DNA of 64,000 bases from contig CAVUZH010000016.1 in NCBI GenBank assembly GCA_963745835.1, forward strand, positions 480,001-544,000, written 5' to 3'. Of the stretch, positions 1 through 11,518 are shown piece by piece. Source of the stretch: an uncultured delta proteobacterium. Lineage in GTDB: Bacteria; Desulfobacterota; Binatia; UBA9968. The position numbers and the translations under genes are program-made. Within the stretch, counting starts at the first letter, position 1; each line of letters opens with the position of its first letter. The notes below the pieces were generated by a model that worked only from the letters and a program-made list of their open reading frames with translations, had not been told where the DNA came from and made no database searches.

Positions 1-370
1 CATTGATCGGCTCGAGGCGAGTGAATACCGTTGCGTCGGGAATCGCCACGCGTACATCGCGCTCTACTCGTTCGACCAGATCATGCCCGCGCTGAATGGA
101 AGGAAATAAACGACCGCACTCCCGCCTGCCGCGTGCGCAGCGTATGGCGGCATAGCAGTCGCGCTCCCGTCAATAAAATATTGACGGCGACACACAGCGC
201 GATCACCGCATCAAGACGCGTCCAGCCGGTCAGGGCGACAATCGCGATTGCGGCAACCACACCGGCTGAAGTCCAGACATCGGTCATTAGGTGATGGGCG
301 TCCGCTTCAAGTGTGATAGAGCGATACTGTTTGCTGCCGCTGAGCAAATGCCGGGCAACGAACAATTGAG
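1..370 (-). pseudogene. Cation diffusion facilitator (FieF-like) remnant, internally deleted, runs off window start
   Basis: ITLEADAHHLMTDVWTSAGVV..GWTRLDAVIAL (CDF TM5 HxxxD) joined directly to C-terminal pieces LRTRQAGVRSFISFH and SIQRGHDLVERVERDVRVAIPDATVFTRLEPI in another frame; the N-terminal TMs are missing. Confidence 0.75.
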
Positions 371-454
371 CGCCGCTGCTATAGCCGATTCCGCAAGACG
401 GTACCGACTTGCTCCAACGGCTGCGGCGTAAATCAATCGTGGCACCGCCGTCCA

Positions 455-595
455 GGCGATGCTCAGGCGACCAGTTTCCTGCCCGCCCCAAACGCCAGCG
501 GCGCAGTCGCAGCCTGTTTGTCACCGCGAAGTTTCAATCCTTTGCCTTGTCCAGTCGACTTCGGTCTCGTAGAGGTAAGTTTTCCTTTCCTCGTA
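455..595 (-). pseudogene. OsmC/Ohr-like protein N-terminal remnant
   Basis: Three frames join to give EERKTYLYETEVDWT / GLKLRGDKQAATAPLAF / GRAGNWSPEH, matching the OsmC-family pattern ppeFgG...WSPE; the rest of the gene is absent. Confidence 0.55.
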
Positions 596-827
596 ATAGT
601 TCCCCTGAGGCTTGGGTATCCATACCGCATGCCCTCCAGAGCTGACGCTGACGTGCGGAAACCATAAGAACATGGTAATCCGAGTGAAAAGACTGGTATG
701 GTGTTCTCGAATTGAGATGGGGCGAGCAGGCGCACTCAAACGACTTGGCGCCTACAGATCAAGACATGATGGTGCCGGCCTGTCCCTGCCAGGCAGGAAC
801 TTTGTATGACGATGGACGAAGTAAATC

Positions 828-2200
828 ATGAGCAGCGCTAAAGCCACATGCGCCTGGAGAAGAGCACTTCATTGTTTCAGTCTGCTGATTTTTTTGCACC
901 TGAGTGGGACAGCGTTCGCTCAGAAAACCCCAGTAGTTTACGTCGCGCCCATCGACGGCATGATAGATCTTGGGCTCGCGCCGTTTGTCGAGCGCGTTCT
1001 CCGCGAGGCCACCGATGCAGGCGCGGCAGCGGTTATTCTCGAGATCAACACTTTCGGCGGCAGGGTGGATGCGGCGGTTGTCATACGCGATGCGCTGCTC
1101 AACAGCCAGATTCAGACGGTGGCGTTTGTCAATAAGAGAGCAATTTCCGCAGGCGCGCTCATTGCCCTTGCGACTAAGAAAATCGTCATGGGCGACGGCG
1201 GAACCATCGGCGCCGCAACTCCGGTGCAAATGGGCCAGCCCGGCGCGCCAGCGCAGCCGGTGGAGGAAAAAACCGTTTCCTATGTAAGAAAAGAGTTTCG
1301 CGCCACGGCAGAAGCGCGCAAGCGCCCCCCGCTGATCGCCGAAGCCATGGTGGACGCCGACGTGGAGATCCCGGATCTAATTGAAAAAGGAAAGCTCTTG
1401 ACGCTTACGACCGACGAGGCGCTGAAGCACAAGATTGCCGAGTTTCGCGCCGACACCATGGCGGAGGTCCTGAACCAGTTGGGGCTTGCGGGGGCCGAGG
1501 TGCGGCGCGCATCTCCCAACTGGGCGGAGAACTTTGTTCGCTTTCTCACCCATCCGGTAGTTAGCTCACTTCTCATGACGATTGGTATCCTGGGAATTAT
1601 TCTGGAGATTCGATCGCCCGGCTTCGGAGTGCCGGGGATTCTCGGTATTGGCAGCCTGGCGCTTTTCTTCTGGGGGCATTGGTTGGTCCAGCTCGCCGGC
1701 TGGGAGGAGATCCTGCTCGTCGGTTTCCGGCGTTCGTCCTGCTTGCAGCTGAGATCTTTATCATTCCCGGCTTCGGTGTGGCCGGAGTCCTGGGCATAGG
1801 GGCGCTGCTTTCGGGCCTGAGTCTGAGCCTAATCGGCGGCGGCGCGACGTGGGATTTCATACTCAAAGCCGTAGGTCGAGTTATTTTTTCTTTGCTGCTC
1901 GCTTTGATTGGAAGTCTAGTGCTGTTGCGCTTTCTACCGCGATTGCCGTTCGGCAAGCGGTTGATTCTGGAAACCGGGCTTGCCGCGGGTGAGGGTTATG
2001 CTTCGCCGCCCGAGACCGATCGCAATTGGCTCGGTAAAGGCGGCACAACGGTTTCTCCGCTGCGGCCCTCCGGGATTGCCGATGTCGAAGGCGAGCGAGT
2101 GGATGTCGTCTCCGATGGCGAATTCATTGAGGCGGGAGCAGAAATTGTCGTGAGTCGCGTCGATGGCAACCGCATCGTGGTGCGGCGCCATCGCCCATAA
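828..2200 (+). CDS. nfeD: NfeD/YqeZ-like membrane-bound ClpP-class protease with C-terminal OB-fold (frameshift near 1725)
   Basis: Signal peptide; [29 protein letters not shown]; TM block with PGFGVPG; second ORF 1679-2200 supplies [23 protein letters not shown]. Confidence 0.9.
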
Positions 2201-2217
2201 TTGAAAGGGGTGGAAAA

Positions 2218-3198
2218 ATGTTCGGAGCCGAAACCGGTATAGCTGGAGGATTCGTGGTGCTCCTAGCGCTATTAGTGGCGATCGTCTTCGTATTGTATCT
2301 GGTTCCGATTCCGCTCTGGATTGCCGCCTGGGCCTCGGGTGCTTACGTGGGACTTCTCACGCTCATCGGCATGAGACTCCGGCGGGTGCCGCCGGGAACC
2401 GTCGTTACCGCGCGCATCAGCGCGGTCAAAGCCGGGCTGAATATTCCACTTAACGATCTCGAGGCGCATTTCCTCGCGGGCGGCAATGTCGTCAGGCTCG
2501 TCAACGCCATGATCTCGGCGGATAAGGCTAACATTCCACTGCCGTTCAAGCGCGCCGCCGCCATCGATCTGGCCGGGCGCGATGTGCTCGAAGCGGTTAA
2601 GATGTCGGTCATTCCGAAAGTCATCGAGACGCCGAAAATCGCCGCGGTCGCCAAAGACGGCATCCAGCTGATCGCGGTCTCTCGCGTCACGGTTCGCACC
2701 AACATCGACCGGCTGGTCGGCGGTGCCGGTGAGGAGACGGTCATCGCGCGCGTCGGCGAGGGCATGGTGAGCACCATCGGCTCGGCGGCGACGCACAAGG
2801 CGGTGCTGGAGAATCCCGATCACATTTCAAAGAATATCCTGAGCAAGGGGCTTGATGCCGGAACCGCCTACGAGATCCTTTCCATCGACATCGCCGATGT
2901 CGATGTCGGTCAGAACATCGGCGCGAAGCTGCAAATCGACCAGGCCGATGCCGACAAGCAGATCGCCCAGGCCAAGGCGGAAGAGCGCCGCGCTATGGCC
3001 GTAGCGTTGGAGCAGGAGATGCGCGCCCGGGTCGTCGAAGCCGAGGCGGAGGTGCCGCGCGCCATGGCCGAGGCGTTTCGCCAGGGGAATCTCGGCATCA
3101 TGGACTATTATAAAATGAAGAACGTTCAGGCCGACACGGCGATGCGTGACTCGATCGCCGAAACCGGCGAAGAACCTCCAGGCGGTCAAAGGAGATAG
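2218..3198 (+). CDS. floA: Flotillin-like protein FloA (YqfA, UPF0365)
   Basis: [65 protein letters not shown]; follows nfeD as in the Bacillus operon. Confidence 0.95.
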   Translation: MFGAETGIAGGFVVLLALLVAIVFVLYLVPIPLWIAAWASGAYVGLLTLIGMRLRRVPPGTVVTARISAVKAGLNIPLNDLEAHFLAGGNVVRLVNAMISADKANIPLPFKRAAAIDLAGRDVLEAVKMSVIPKVIETPKIAAVAKDGIQLIAVSRVTVRTNIDRLVGGAGEETVIARVGEGMVSTIGSAATHKAVLENPDHISKNILSKGLDAGTAYEILSIDIADVDVGQNIGAKLQIDQADADKQIAQAKAEERRAMAVALEQEMRARVVEAEAEVPRAMAEAFRQGNLGIMDYYKMKNVQADTAMRDSIAETGEEPPGGQRR

Positions 3199-3208
3199 AG
3201 GAGAGGTT

Positions 3209-3571
3209 ATGCAGGATATCCCGTTCACACAGATTCTGGTCCTCCTCGCGTTCATCTTGTATCCGTTAATCAGCTGGCTGCTGCAACGAATGCAGCGCCG
3301 TTTCGAGAGCCGAGCTCCGAGGCGACTGCCTCCGCAACCTGCACCTCGGACATTCGCCAAACCGCCGCCCATAGAAGTCATCGCTTCGGCCAGGGAACCA
3401 GCGCCTCCTTCCAAACTATCCGGGAACTTACGGGCCAGGAGAAATCAATCCAGGAGATCACTTTTCCGCAGCCGTGGCGATCTGCGGCGCGCCATAATCT
3501 TGATGACTGTATTAGGACCCTGCCGCGCTAACGATTCGCTAGATGCCGAAGAGCGATCACTCAAAGAATAG
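3209..3571 (+). CDS. Small membrane-anchored hypothetical protein (YqfB position)
   Basis: GGAGAGG RBS then ATG 3209; N-terminal TM, Pro-rich linker, C-terminal LRRAIILMTVLGPCRA; third gene of the nfeD-floA operon. Confidence 0.65.
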   Translation: MQDIPFTQILVLLAFILYPLISWLLQRMQRRFESRAPRRLPPQPAPRTFAKPPPIEVIASAREPAPPSKLSGNLRARRNQSRRSLFRSRGDLRRAIILMTVLGPCRANDSLDAEERSLKE

Positions 3572-3814
3572 GCGCGGCCATCTTCCTGCGACCGAAGTTC
3601 GTAATCAACTCGGGACTACGCCTCCGTCATTCTCATTCCGGATAGCAATCGAGAGCGGGAGCCATGATAATCAAAATATGTGGGAGCTGCCCTATCAGTC
3701 GGCCTTTATGAACCGATTTACCTAGCAAGATCGTGACAACCCGCAAAAAAAATCACGCCGGGGTGGATAATAGACGAAGGGCAAATCCGATTGTTCTGAT
3801 GATCGCGCAGCGCT

Positions 3815-3931
3815 GGGCGTACAGAACTGCCATACGTTTTACTGGGCAGTGTGGCTGAACACGTCCTTCGGAAAGTGTCTTACGACATCTTGGTGGCACG
3901 ATCCGGCTCTTTAGCTTTTGAACTCCCGTAG
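3815..3931 (+). pseudogene. Universal stress protein C-terminal remnant
   Basis: GRTELPYVLLGSVAEHVLRKVSYDILVAR matches the USP G-x-x-G...LLGSVA..VL...CDVLV motif; no intact 5' part. Confidence 0.7.
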
Positions 3932-4116
3932 AAATATCGCTATGCCTACGCAGAGGATGGAACGAGTCACGATGCGCTTAGCCTCTAATGGAGAAGCGAC
4001 AACAAGCGAGTACTGTGGAAAGTACCGGCATAATAGGCGACCGCTGCCGAATTTAAAGTTCAGCCTCTCGCGGGATTATTCATGAGCCGTTCCGGACGGC
4101 GCAGAGGTCGGATTGC

Positions 4117-4303
4117 ATGTCGACCGCTCTTTTAGAATTCTTAGCTTCTGCGACCATCATTGTCGTGAGCGGGATCGGCATGGCCCGTATGTCTGATGCC
4201 ATTTCTTGCGTGACGGCGGCTGGGCCACTTGCTCGGTGGTGCTCTTCTTGTCGCGACCGCGACCTCACTGCCGGATTTACTCGTGGGTATCAACGCGGTC
4301 CGC
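4117..4303 (+). pseudogene. Na+/Ca2+ exchanger (YrbG-like) N-terminal remnant
   Basis: MSTALLEFLASATIIVVSGIGMARMSDAIS, then in a shifted frame GGALLVATATSLPDLLVGINAVR (alpha-1 repeat TSLPE); truncated. Confidence 0.7.
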
Positions 4304-4445
4304 ACTTACGATTCGGAGCCCCGGGAGGTAGGCGAATCCCGAATGGCCTGTCCGGAACGCCACATAATGGAAACGACCGCTGTACGGATAGGCAGACGCC
4401 GGCGGCGATAGAGACTTAAGCGGCGGCGTCATGAAGGTTGGAAAA

Positions 4446-5804
4446 TTATAGGGCAGGCGAATCGGGGCGGGACTTTCGCTCTCGAATCACCTGCAGCATC
4501 TGGTCATCGGTGATGAATTTGAAATCCCAGGTTTTTCTGTTGCGGGCTTCCTCGTGTTCAACACTCTCAAGGATCTCGACGTCTTCTTTGGTCACGACGG
4601 AAACTCCCTTCTTTTCGAGTATGTCGAAAATGGCTTCGATCTTGGCTTCCATCTCGCCGGACGTAAATCCTTCCTTGGCGCTCAAGTACGCGTTAACCAC
4701 TTTCATACCTCTCTCCGCGTCCTGCTTAGCGACGCCGACCAGGCCGACGCTGGCATTGCGCGACCAACCGGCAACATAAATGCCCTCGAGCACTCTCGCC
4801 GCTTCAGGATCATAGGGCTGGTACGCCGCCGGGTTAGGATCGGCGGGAAGTTTTCCAGGATTAGTCACGAAAACGCCGCGCGAGAACGGCAGACCGAGCG
4901 ACGCGTCGACTTGATCACCGATCGCGTAAATGACGCAATCGACTTCGATCTGAGCATGTTTACCGGTTCCTTTCGCGACCGTACGGCCATCCTGAAGTAT
5001 CAACTCGTTCTCTTCGACTTCAAGCGCGGCGACGCGGCCGCGATCATCGGCGATAACTTTCGTAGGTGAACACAGATAACGGAATTGCAACCTGCGCCCT
5101 TCGGCAGGCTCTCCCTGTTTGACGAATTTTTCGATGATCTGATCAATGTTCTGTCCCACCGCCGTAAGCTGCGGCCGGATGCGCTCAATCTCATTTTTCA
5201 TTTCAGAGTTATCGAGATATTGTTCAATCACCTCAAATTCGCCGTCATCGTAGGCCTTCTCGAGCGGCCCGCGCCGCGCTACCACGACGACTTGATCGAT
5301 CTTCTTGTGATTCAACAACCAGTTACCGATATCGACCATGACGTTACCCATGCCGATGATGGCAACTCTGCGCCCAATTTCGAAATGTCGTTGGCTAAAC
5401 GGCGGCAACGAATTGTAGTGGTAAACGACATCTTTCGCGTGATAAACACCAACGCTTTCTTCCCCGGGAATGCCGAGTTTCTTGGTCCCCTGCGCTCCTG
5501 CCGTCACAACGATGGCGCTAAGACCAATTTGGTTGAGATCGGCTAGCGAAAGCGCCTGATCATGTCCGACGCTGACATGGCCAAGATAAAAAACTTTTGG
5601 GTCACCGAGGATTTTCTTGAACTGTTTACGCAGGCCGGTTTTCATCTTCTCCTTGTCCACGAAGATCCCGTATTCCGCCAAACCGCCTGGCTTAATATCG
5701 CGATTCAACAGAACAACACGATGCCCTGCCTCTGCAAGCTTGCGAGTGCCATAAATACCAGCGGGCCCAGCGCCGATAACTGCCACCAAGTGCTGCTTGC
5801 TCAT
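4446..5804 (-). CDS. Ferredoxin-NADP+ reductase, adrenodoxin-reductase/FprA type
   Basis: VIGAGPAG FAD motif, GGLAEYG, IIGMGNVMVD NADP motif, ARRGP, YVAGWSR..GLVG. Confidence 0.85.
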   Translation of the reverse strand: MSKQHLVAVIGAGPAGIYGTRKLAEAGHRVVLLNRDIKPGGLAEYGIFVDKEKMKTGLRKQFKKILGDPKVFYLGHVSVGHDQALSLADLNQIGLSAIVVTAGAQGTKKLGIPGEESVGVYHAKDVVYHYNSLPPFSQRHFEIGRRVAIIGMGNVMVDIGNWLLNHKKIDQVVVVARRGPLEKAYDDGEFEVIEQYLDNSEMKNEIERIRPQLTAVGQNIDQIIEKFVKQGEPAEGRRLQFRYLCSPTKVIADDRGRVAALEVEENELILQDGRTVAKGTGKHAQIEVDCVIYAIGDQVDASLGLPFSRGVFVTNPGKLPADPNPAAYQPYDPEAARVLEGIYVAGWSRNASVGLVGVAKQDAERGMKVVNAYLSAKEGFTSGEMEAKIEAIFDILEKKGVSVVTKEDVEILESVEHEEARNRKTWDFKFITDDQMLQVIRERKSRPDSPAL

Positions 5805-5963
5805 CGAGTGAAGTCCCTTGTCAGAGTTTTAGGGGTATTAAGAAGATTGATAGCTTCGTTGATTCGAGCGCGTCGCGCGTCGTGTTTGCGGGCAAGGGGA
5901 GTAACCGGCGGGGATAACTTCAATCGGCCGACTGGAACTGAGTCACGGCCGGAAGCGATGCCG

Positions 5964-6233
5964 TTACTGAAGCTCCCGTTTTCCCTCGTATTCGAGCTCG
6001 GTGCCCCGCGAGTCTTTGTGCGTAAAGGATACTAGTTCCCAAGAGCCATCTTCTAACGGCCCCTTGAGAATATATGAGTTCTCATCGCTACCCACAACAC
6101 GATAATAACAGGCTTGCTCGCCGTACCACCGATCTGCCACGGCTTGAATCTCGATGGTTCGGATGCCCAACATAAATCGGGACGGCGTTTCCTGTCCTTT
6201 AGCATCGGAAATCGATTCCACTTTAATTTTCAC
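5964..6233 (-). CDS. Small hypothetical protein
   Basis: 89-aa ORF with GTG start after AAGAGAG; beta-rich pattern DRWYG..YYRV..YIL. Confidence 0.65.
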   Translation of the reverse strand: MKIKVESISDAKGQETPSRFMLGIRTIEIQAVADRWYGEQACYYRVVGSDENSYILKGPLEDGSWELVSFTHKDSRGTELEYEGKRELQ

Positions 6234-6304
6234 GGCGGCTCTCTTTTACTAAAAGTTTGATCACCGTAATATACGTCAATATTCTCCCAAATTAAAGGAG
6301 CTTT

Positions 6305-7001
6305 ATGGGACCGGACCTGGAGCAATTGAAGAAAGACGTGGTCAGCGCCTGTCGTATCCTTTCGCGGCAAAAATTGGTTGAAGGATTTGGCCACGTCAGC
6401 GCCCGCATCATCGATTCAGATCGATTTATCATCACACCCAGGATTAGCCTCGCTCTGGTCACCGAAGCCGAGCTGCTAACCATGAATTTGAATGGCGAAG
6501 TAGTTGCCGGCAACTCATCCTGCTCCGTTTGAGGCGGCGCTCCACGCTAGCATCATGAAGATCAAGCCGCGGATCAATGCAATTACCCGAATCCACGCTC
6601 GTGTAGCCAATATTTTCTCGGTGACGGACCGGAAGTTAGAGCCGGTCCATAATCACGGCAGTTTTTTTGCCGGCGGTGTTCCGGTATTTTATGTGCCTGA
6701 CCTTATTTCTACGGCAGAACTCGGCGAACAGGTCGCAAGCACGATGGGTGACCAACCGGCCGTTTTGCTCAGAGGTAATGGCCAGGTGACCGTCGGCAGG
6801 ACAGTAGCCGAGGCGGTGATGATGGCGATCTATTTGGAGGAAGCAGCAGAGATTCTGCACGGCGCGCTGCAAATCGGCACGCCAATTCCGCTGACTACTG
6901 ATGAGGCGGCTAAACGTCAGGTCGAGGCATTACCGCCGGTCGATCTGGAAAGAGCGTGGAACTACTTCAAGGACCAAGTCGGTGTTAAACAAATTGGTTG
7001 A
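6305..7001 (+). CDS. Class II aldolase/adducin family protein (frameshift near 6510)
   Basis: AAGGAG RBS; EGFGHVSAR, FIITP, EAALH..I, AVLLRGNG; two ORFs join. Confidence 0.85.
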
Positions 7002-7021
7002 AGTGGGGGCAAGCGCAAGCG

Positions 7022-7053
7022 AAAAAAACGGCGCTCCTGTGGGAGCGCCGTTT
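7022..7053 (-). terminator. Rho-independent terminator of the bc-complex operon (possibly bidirectional)
   Basis: Perfect 12-bp stem AAACGGCGCTCC / GGAGCGCCGTTT with 4-nt loop and a T7 tract on the minus strand, between convergent genes. Confidence 0.9.
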
Positions 7054-7075
7054 CAGAACGATTAAACCCAAGAGG

Positions 7076-7790
7076 TTACTTGCCTGCTACCTCGAAGCTA
7101 ACCTTCGCATCCTCTTTCGCTTTGACAGTGACCTTCTGGGTATTCTTGCCAAGCTTCTCGTGCCAAACTTCCATCGTATAAGAGCCAGCCGGCACGTCAG
7201 TCAGCTTGAAATTCCCCGAGTTATCCGTAACCGCAACATAAGGAGATTCGGTGGCTACCAACCAACCGTGCATCCAGCCATGCACATCGCACTTGACTTC
7301 GATGGCTTCCGGTTTGTCGATCTTGACATCCAAAGTCTTCTTGAATTTCGGCTGCGCCATATTAAACGGGCTGTTTGCTTTGCTGTAAGAGTGAACGTTG
7401 TGAAGAATGCCGTCCGGATTCAGAATCTCCACAGTAGTCCCGACCGGAAAGGCAAGCACATGAGGCTGATACTCACATCCCTTTTGATCGAGCGTTACTT
7501 TTTTGGCATCGATCTTCTTACCGGTTTTGATATCGGTAATCGTCACCACTGCGTTGGCGAGATTGCCATTATTTACAACTAACGACTGATCAACCTTTGG
7601 GGTTTTTACCACAAACCTCTTTGTCCTTACTGACCTCGAGCTTCTTCGGCGCTGGCGCGGTACCTTTGAATTTGACGGTACCGGAGATCGAGCCGCCATC
7701 CTTTACATCTCCGCCTTTATACTGGGCCATGCTGGTTGCGGGTAAAGCGAATATTGCGGCTGATAGAACTATGGATCCAAACTTCGTCAT
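7076..7790 (-). CDS. Exported cupredoxin-like / carboxypeptidase-regulatory-like domain protein (frameshift near 7600)
   Basis: AAGGAGG RBS and Sec signal peptide; DQKGCEYQPHV, ILHNVH and KCDVHGWM (type-1 Cu-like His...Cys-x2-His-x2-Met); C-terminal TDNSGNFKLTDVPAGSY..WHE. Confidence 0.8.
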
Positions 7791-7846
7791 ACTATCCTCC
7801 TTGTTAGTTGTCGTTAATTAATTAGACGAAAAGCAAACTTTCGTAT

Positions 7847-10547
7847 TCAGCGCTTGACCGCTTTTGCTCGATTCTCCTCGCCGGCGGCTGCAGCCGTTGC
7901 AGCGGTCGCGCCGCCACTTCTTCCTAAGCTCATCACATAATCGCGTAGCGCTTCAATCTGTCTGTCATCTTTTCCGCCCAGGATATCGTCGGGGCCTCCC
8001 GGATAAAAAGACGGCATTTTCGTGCCCGGTTGAATCTTCTGCGGATCCTGTATCCATTTGATAATCCAGTTGGGATTCAACCGCTGCCGGGCCATAGCTA
8101 GGTCGGGAGCCCATCCTTCAGGCGGACCCTCCGGATTCTTGCCGCCGCGCACGTGACAACTGAAACAATTGAAATATTCCTCGGAGACCAGCTTGCGAGC
8201 GGCGTCTAAATGGTCGGGTGGAACCATTCTTTCATCGAAGTACGCAAACGGGTTTTCGACTCTTGAGAGCCCATTGAAATAATTGATCAACTGCGTCGTA
8301 TGCTGGTCCGACAATCCAAACGTGGGCATTCTTATGTCCAACCACGGCCTCAAGGTAAACGGCGCCTTGAGAAAACCGAATAGCCATTGCGATTGAACCT
8401 TCTCGCCTTCGCCGTTTAGCTGCGGCGGAGCCGCCGCCGTGTTTTCGCCGTAGTATTTCTTAACAAACCCGCCTCGATTTTCAATCTCATGGCAGCCGAC
8501 GCAGTTATACTGCTGCATCAATCTTCGGCCTTCGACCACTTGGGTGACGCGCTGTCCCTGGTCCGCCAGGTAGCGCTGCCCCACTTTTCGTTCTCTGAAA
8601 CCACTCAGTAAAACTCGCAGCGCGTTAATGTCCTCGTCGGCCAAATTGAATTGCGGCATGAGCTGTTCGACTCGCTCGGTGGCATAGCCGCGGGGTGTTT
8701 TTATTTTGTGGAACGTCCAATCATCCCAAGTATGGGGTACATCAGTACGATTACCGAACGCCAACTCTTCCACCGTCTTCGAACCAAAGGTGGTCAGTTC
8801 AACACCGATGCGGGACTCCTTTTCCATGCCTTTTATATCGTGGCAGCCAGGGCAGCCATACTTGCGAACCAGCGCTTCACCGCGTTTTATATTGTTGGCA
8901 TCGGCAAGTTTTTCTTCGATCCCAGGGATGGTTTCGCCCTTCGCGCCTAGAGTCGTCAAGTAGGTCGTGATCGCTCGCGCTTCCTCATCGCTGAGCCGCA
9001 AGCTGGGCATCTTCGTCTCAGGCTCAAAACCGCGGGGATTTTTAATCCAATGGAAAATCCACTGCGGCCCGGTCTTGGCAGCGATATCCTTGAGGTTGGG
9101 TATAAGATCTTTAGTTTTACCGAGCGGGGTGCTGAACTCGCCTTCGGCAAAGCCGTGGCAGCCTTTGCAACCGATGGTTTCCACCAGCTTCTTGCCCCGA
9201 GCGGCCTCATTGTTATCTCCCTCGCGAATACCCGCAGGAAGCGGATTTTCCTTGAGCCACGTTTCACTCTCTTCCTTGGACTGTGACCAGATATAAGCCG
9301 AGATCGCCAGCGCTTCGTCCGGCTTGAATTCGAAATTCGGCATGCGCGTGCGCGGCCGGAATTTGTGCGGGTTTTCCACCCACCGCACCATCCAGTTCGG
9401 GTCGACCTTCGCGCTGATCTTCTTCAGGCTCGGCGCGATCTTTGGAATGTCCTCGTATCCTTGAACCAAATGACACCCGGTGCAGCCGACTTGTTCAAAT
9501 AAGCGTTGGCCTTCCGTCAGCAGCGGGACGTCTTGAAGCTTTTGCACATCCAGATGGCAAGACGTGCAGCTTGATTGGCTTTTCGCTCCGCGCAATAACG
9601 GGAACTCCCAGAGATGAACCTCGCCATGCGCTTGCTTGACGCCGTTAACCATGACGCCCTGCCCTTCATGGCAACCGGTGCAACCGAACTTTTCAGGCGG
9701 ATGGGCGCTGTCGGCCAATAAGACCTCGCGTCGCGGGTGGGTTTTGAACGGATGAGGCTCGTTTTCGAAACCAGCGCGGTTGATCGCCAAATGGCAAGTT
9801 TGACAGCGGTCGACCCGCGCAATCGGCTGATCGAAGCGATTACGGTCGAATTCCTCCATTACGGTTTGTTGGATCTTGGGAATTTTGTAGAAAGACAATG
9901 GACCGAGCTTGAAGGTCGCGTTCTCCTTCACCCGTTGCCATCGATCGCGGTCGGCGCTTAATTTGGTGAGTTCAGTCTGAATCTCCTTATTGCTCGAATT
10001 GATCTTCTTGATCTCTTCTCTGAGGTGATCGCGCTTTTGGCGCGCGGCTTCCAACTGCGGATCGAGTTTCGCTTTCTCTTTTTCAAGCTCCTGAATATGC
10101 TGCTGCGTAAGGCTTGGGGTCTCGTCTTTGCTGAATCGCGTGATCGTGTTCGTACCAGGCTTCTTCGAGCTCGCTCTTGATGAATTTCACCTCCTGATCG
10201 ATTTCTCCGAATCGAACGGTGGCTTCGGTTTCCTGCCTCTCCAAGGTTGCAAGCTTTTCGCCCAACTCGCCGTCCTCGATGCTGGCCTGGAAAGCGGCTA
10301 ATTTCTTGGTTAGCTCCTGGTAGGCGGGATCGGCCTGAAGCTTCTTATTTTCTTCCTCCTACGCCGCTTTGGCTTTGTTATAATCGAGCCGAAAAAACTG
10401 CGACTGAAAAGCTTTCCACGGTCGACGCGTGATATTGTCATCCCAAAACGCCCAGATCGACAAAGCCACGAGTAAGGCTATGCCGAGTAAAAATACGCTG
10501 CCGTAGGATTTCTTTTCTTCCTGTGGGTCGATTCCTCGTTCCGCCAT
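7847..10547 (-). CDS. Membrane-anchored octaheme cytochrome c (frameshifts near 10360, 10265 and 10090)
   Basis: N-terminal TM (ORF 10359-10547), coiled-coil spacer, then eight CxxCH motifs: CQTCH, CTGCH, CTSCH, CTGCH, CKGCH, CPGCH, CVGCH, CFSCH. Confidence 0.9.
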
Positions 10548-10557
10548 CGCGACTCCC

Positions 10558-10725
10558 TCAAGCGACCTTGCGCTCTAGCGCGCGGCCCAAAGAAAAAACC
10601 CCAAGGCCGATCAGTGCCAAAACAATTTCTTCGGCCATCGATGAATTCTTCATAATACCCGTAAGCAAGGCATAGCCCACATCTGCCAGACCCAGCGCTT
10701 GCAGAATCTTAGCAACATAGAACAT
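10558..10725 (-). CDS. 55-aa two-helix membrane protein, putative small subunit of the bc complex (not in the ORF track)
   Basis: MFYVAKILQALGLADVGYALLTGIMKNSSMAEEIVLALIGLGVFSLGRALERKVA*; its ATG overlaps the upstream TAA (TAATG) and it fills the intergenic gap. Confidence 0.75.
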   Translation of the reverse strand: MFYVAKILQALGLADVGYALLTGIMKNSSMAEEIVLALIGLGVFSLGRALERKVA

Positions 10726-11492
10726 TAAATATTAATCCAGGGGGTAACTAGAATATATTTTACGTTGAAGACTAACCGCAGAAACATTTTGGCGGGGAGC
10801 GAAAGCATCAACACGAATATCACCGCGGTCAGGGTAAACCGCACCATACCCCAGCGTTCGAGAAACTCTCTTCCTTTGAGTTTGAGAACCCAGTAGTAAA
10901 AGGCAATCAAGCCGAAGACGAAGTAGGCGCCGATGACCATCAACCCGAAAATCGCCGACCACCAGTAGTCGCGAAACCCGAATAGATAAGGCAGGTCCAC
11001 ATTGGTCAATGCGACGACCTTGTGCGCGTCCCAGTGTTGCCAAGGCCAGAACAAGTTCCATCCCGGCCCGCGGAAAAACGTGCCGATGATGATGGTGACG
11101 ATCCACAACACGTGGAATCCCAAAAAAAACGTCATAATTTCATATTTGCGATCTTTGAAACAATAATAGCCGTTTCCCTTGGGATTGATGTCGATATAGG
11201 GAATGATCATCAGGCCGACAATAATCAAGGTCGGCAGCACCACCCCGGCATGCCACGGATCGAAATAGACCAGCATCTCCTGCAAACCGAGGAAATACCA
11301 TGGAGCTTTTGAAGGATTGGGCGTCCGGGTCGGGTTAGCCGGCTCTTCAAGAGGCGCGTCGACCATCATCGCCCACAGAGTTAAAGCGACGGTGACAAAC
11401 AGCGCGACCAGAAACTCCATGCGCACGAGATGCGGCCAGGTATGGATCTTATCGTCAACCGGAAGTCTTCTCTCTCGAATGGCTTCTGCCAT
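10725..11492 (-). CDS. Cytochrome b6f subunit IV / QcrC-like (C-terminal half of split cytochrome b)
   Basis: GAGGAG RBS, ATG 11492; WPHLV, APLEEPANP.RTPNPSKAPWYFLGLQE, PYID; extra C-terminal TMs. Confidence 0.9.
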   Translation of the reverse strand: MAEAIRERRLPVDDKIHTWPHLVRMEFLVALFVTVALTLWAMMVDAPLEEPANPTRTPNPSKAPWYFLGLQEMLVYFDPWHAGVVLPTLIIVGLMIIPYIDINPKGNGYYCFKDRKYEIMTFFLGFHVLWIVTIIIGTFFRGPGWNLFWPWQHWDAHKVVALTNVDLPYLFGFRDYWWSAIFGLMVIGAYFVFGLIAFYYWVLKLKGREFLERWGMVRFTLTAVIFVLMLSLPAKMFLRLVFNVKYILVTPWINI

Positions 11493-11518
11493 TGTACTCC
11501 TCTTAGGTAAACTGCTTA

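Noticed and set aside
4446-5804. FNR as a member of the bc-complex operon
   Set aside because: It is separated from the operon by a strong terminator and an oppositely oriented aldolase gene.
10080-10370. Programmed ribosomal frameshifting in the octaheme gene or other split genes
   Set aside because: I saw no consistent slippery site with a downstream structure, and scattered indels across the window fit sequencing error better.
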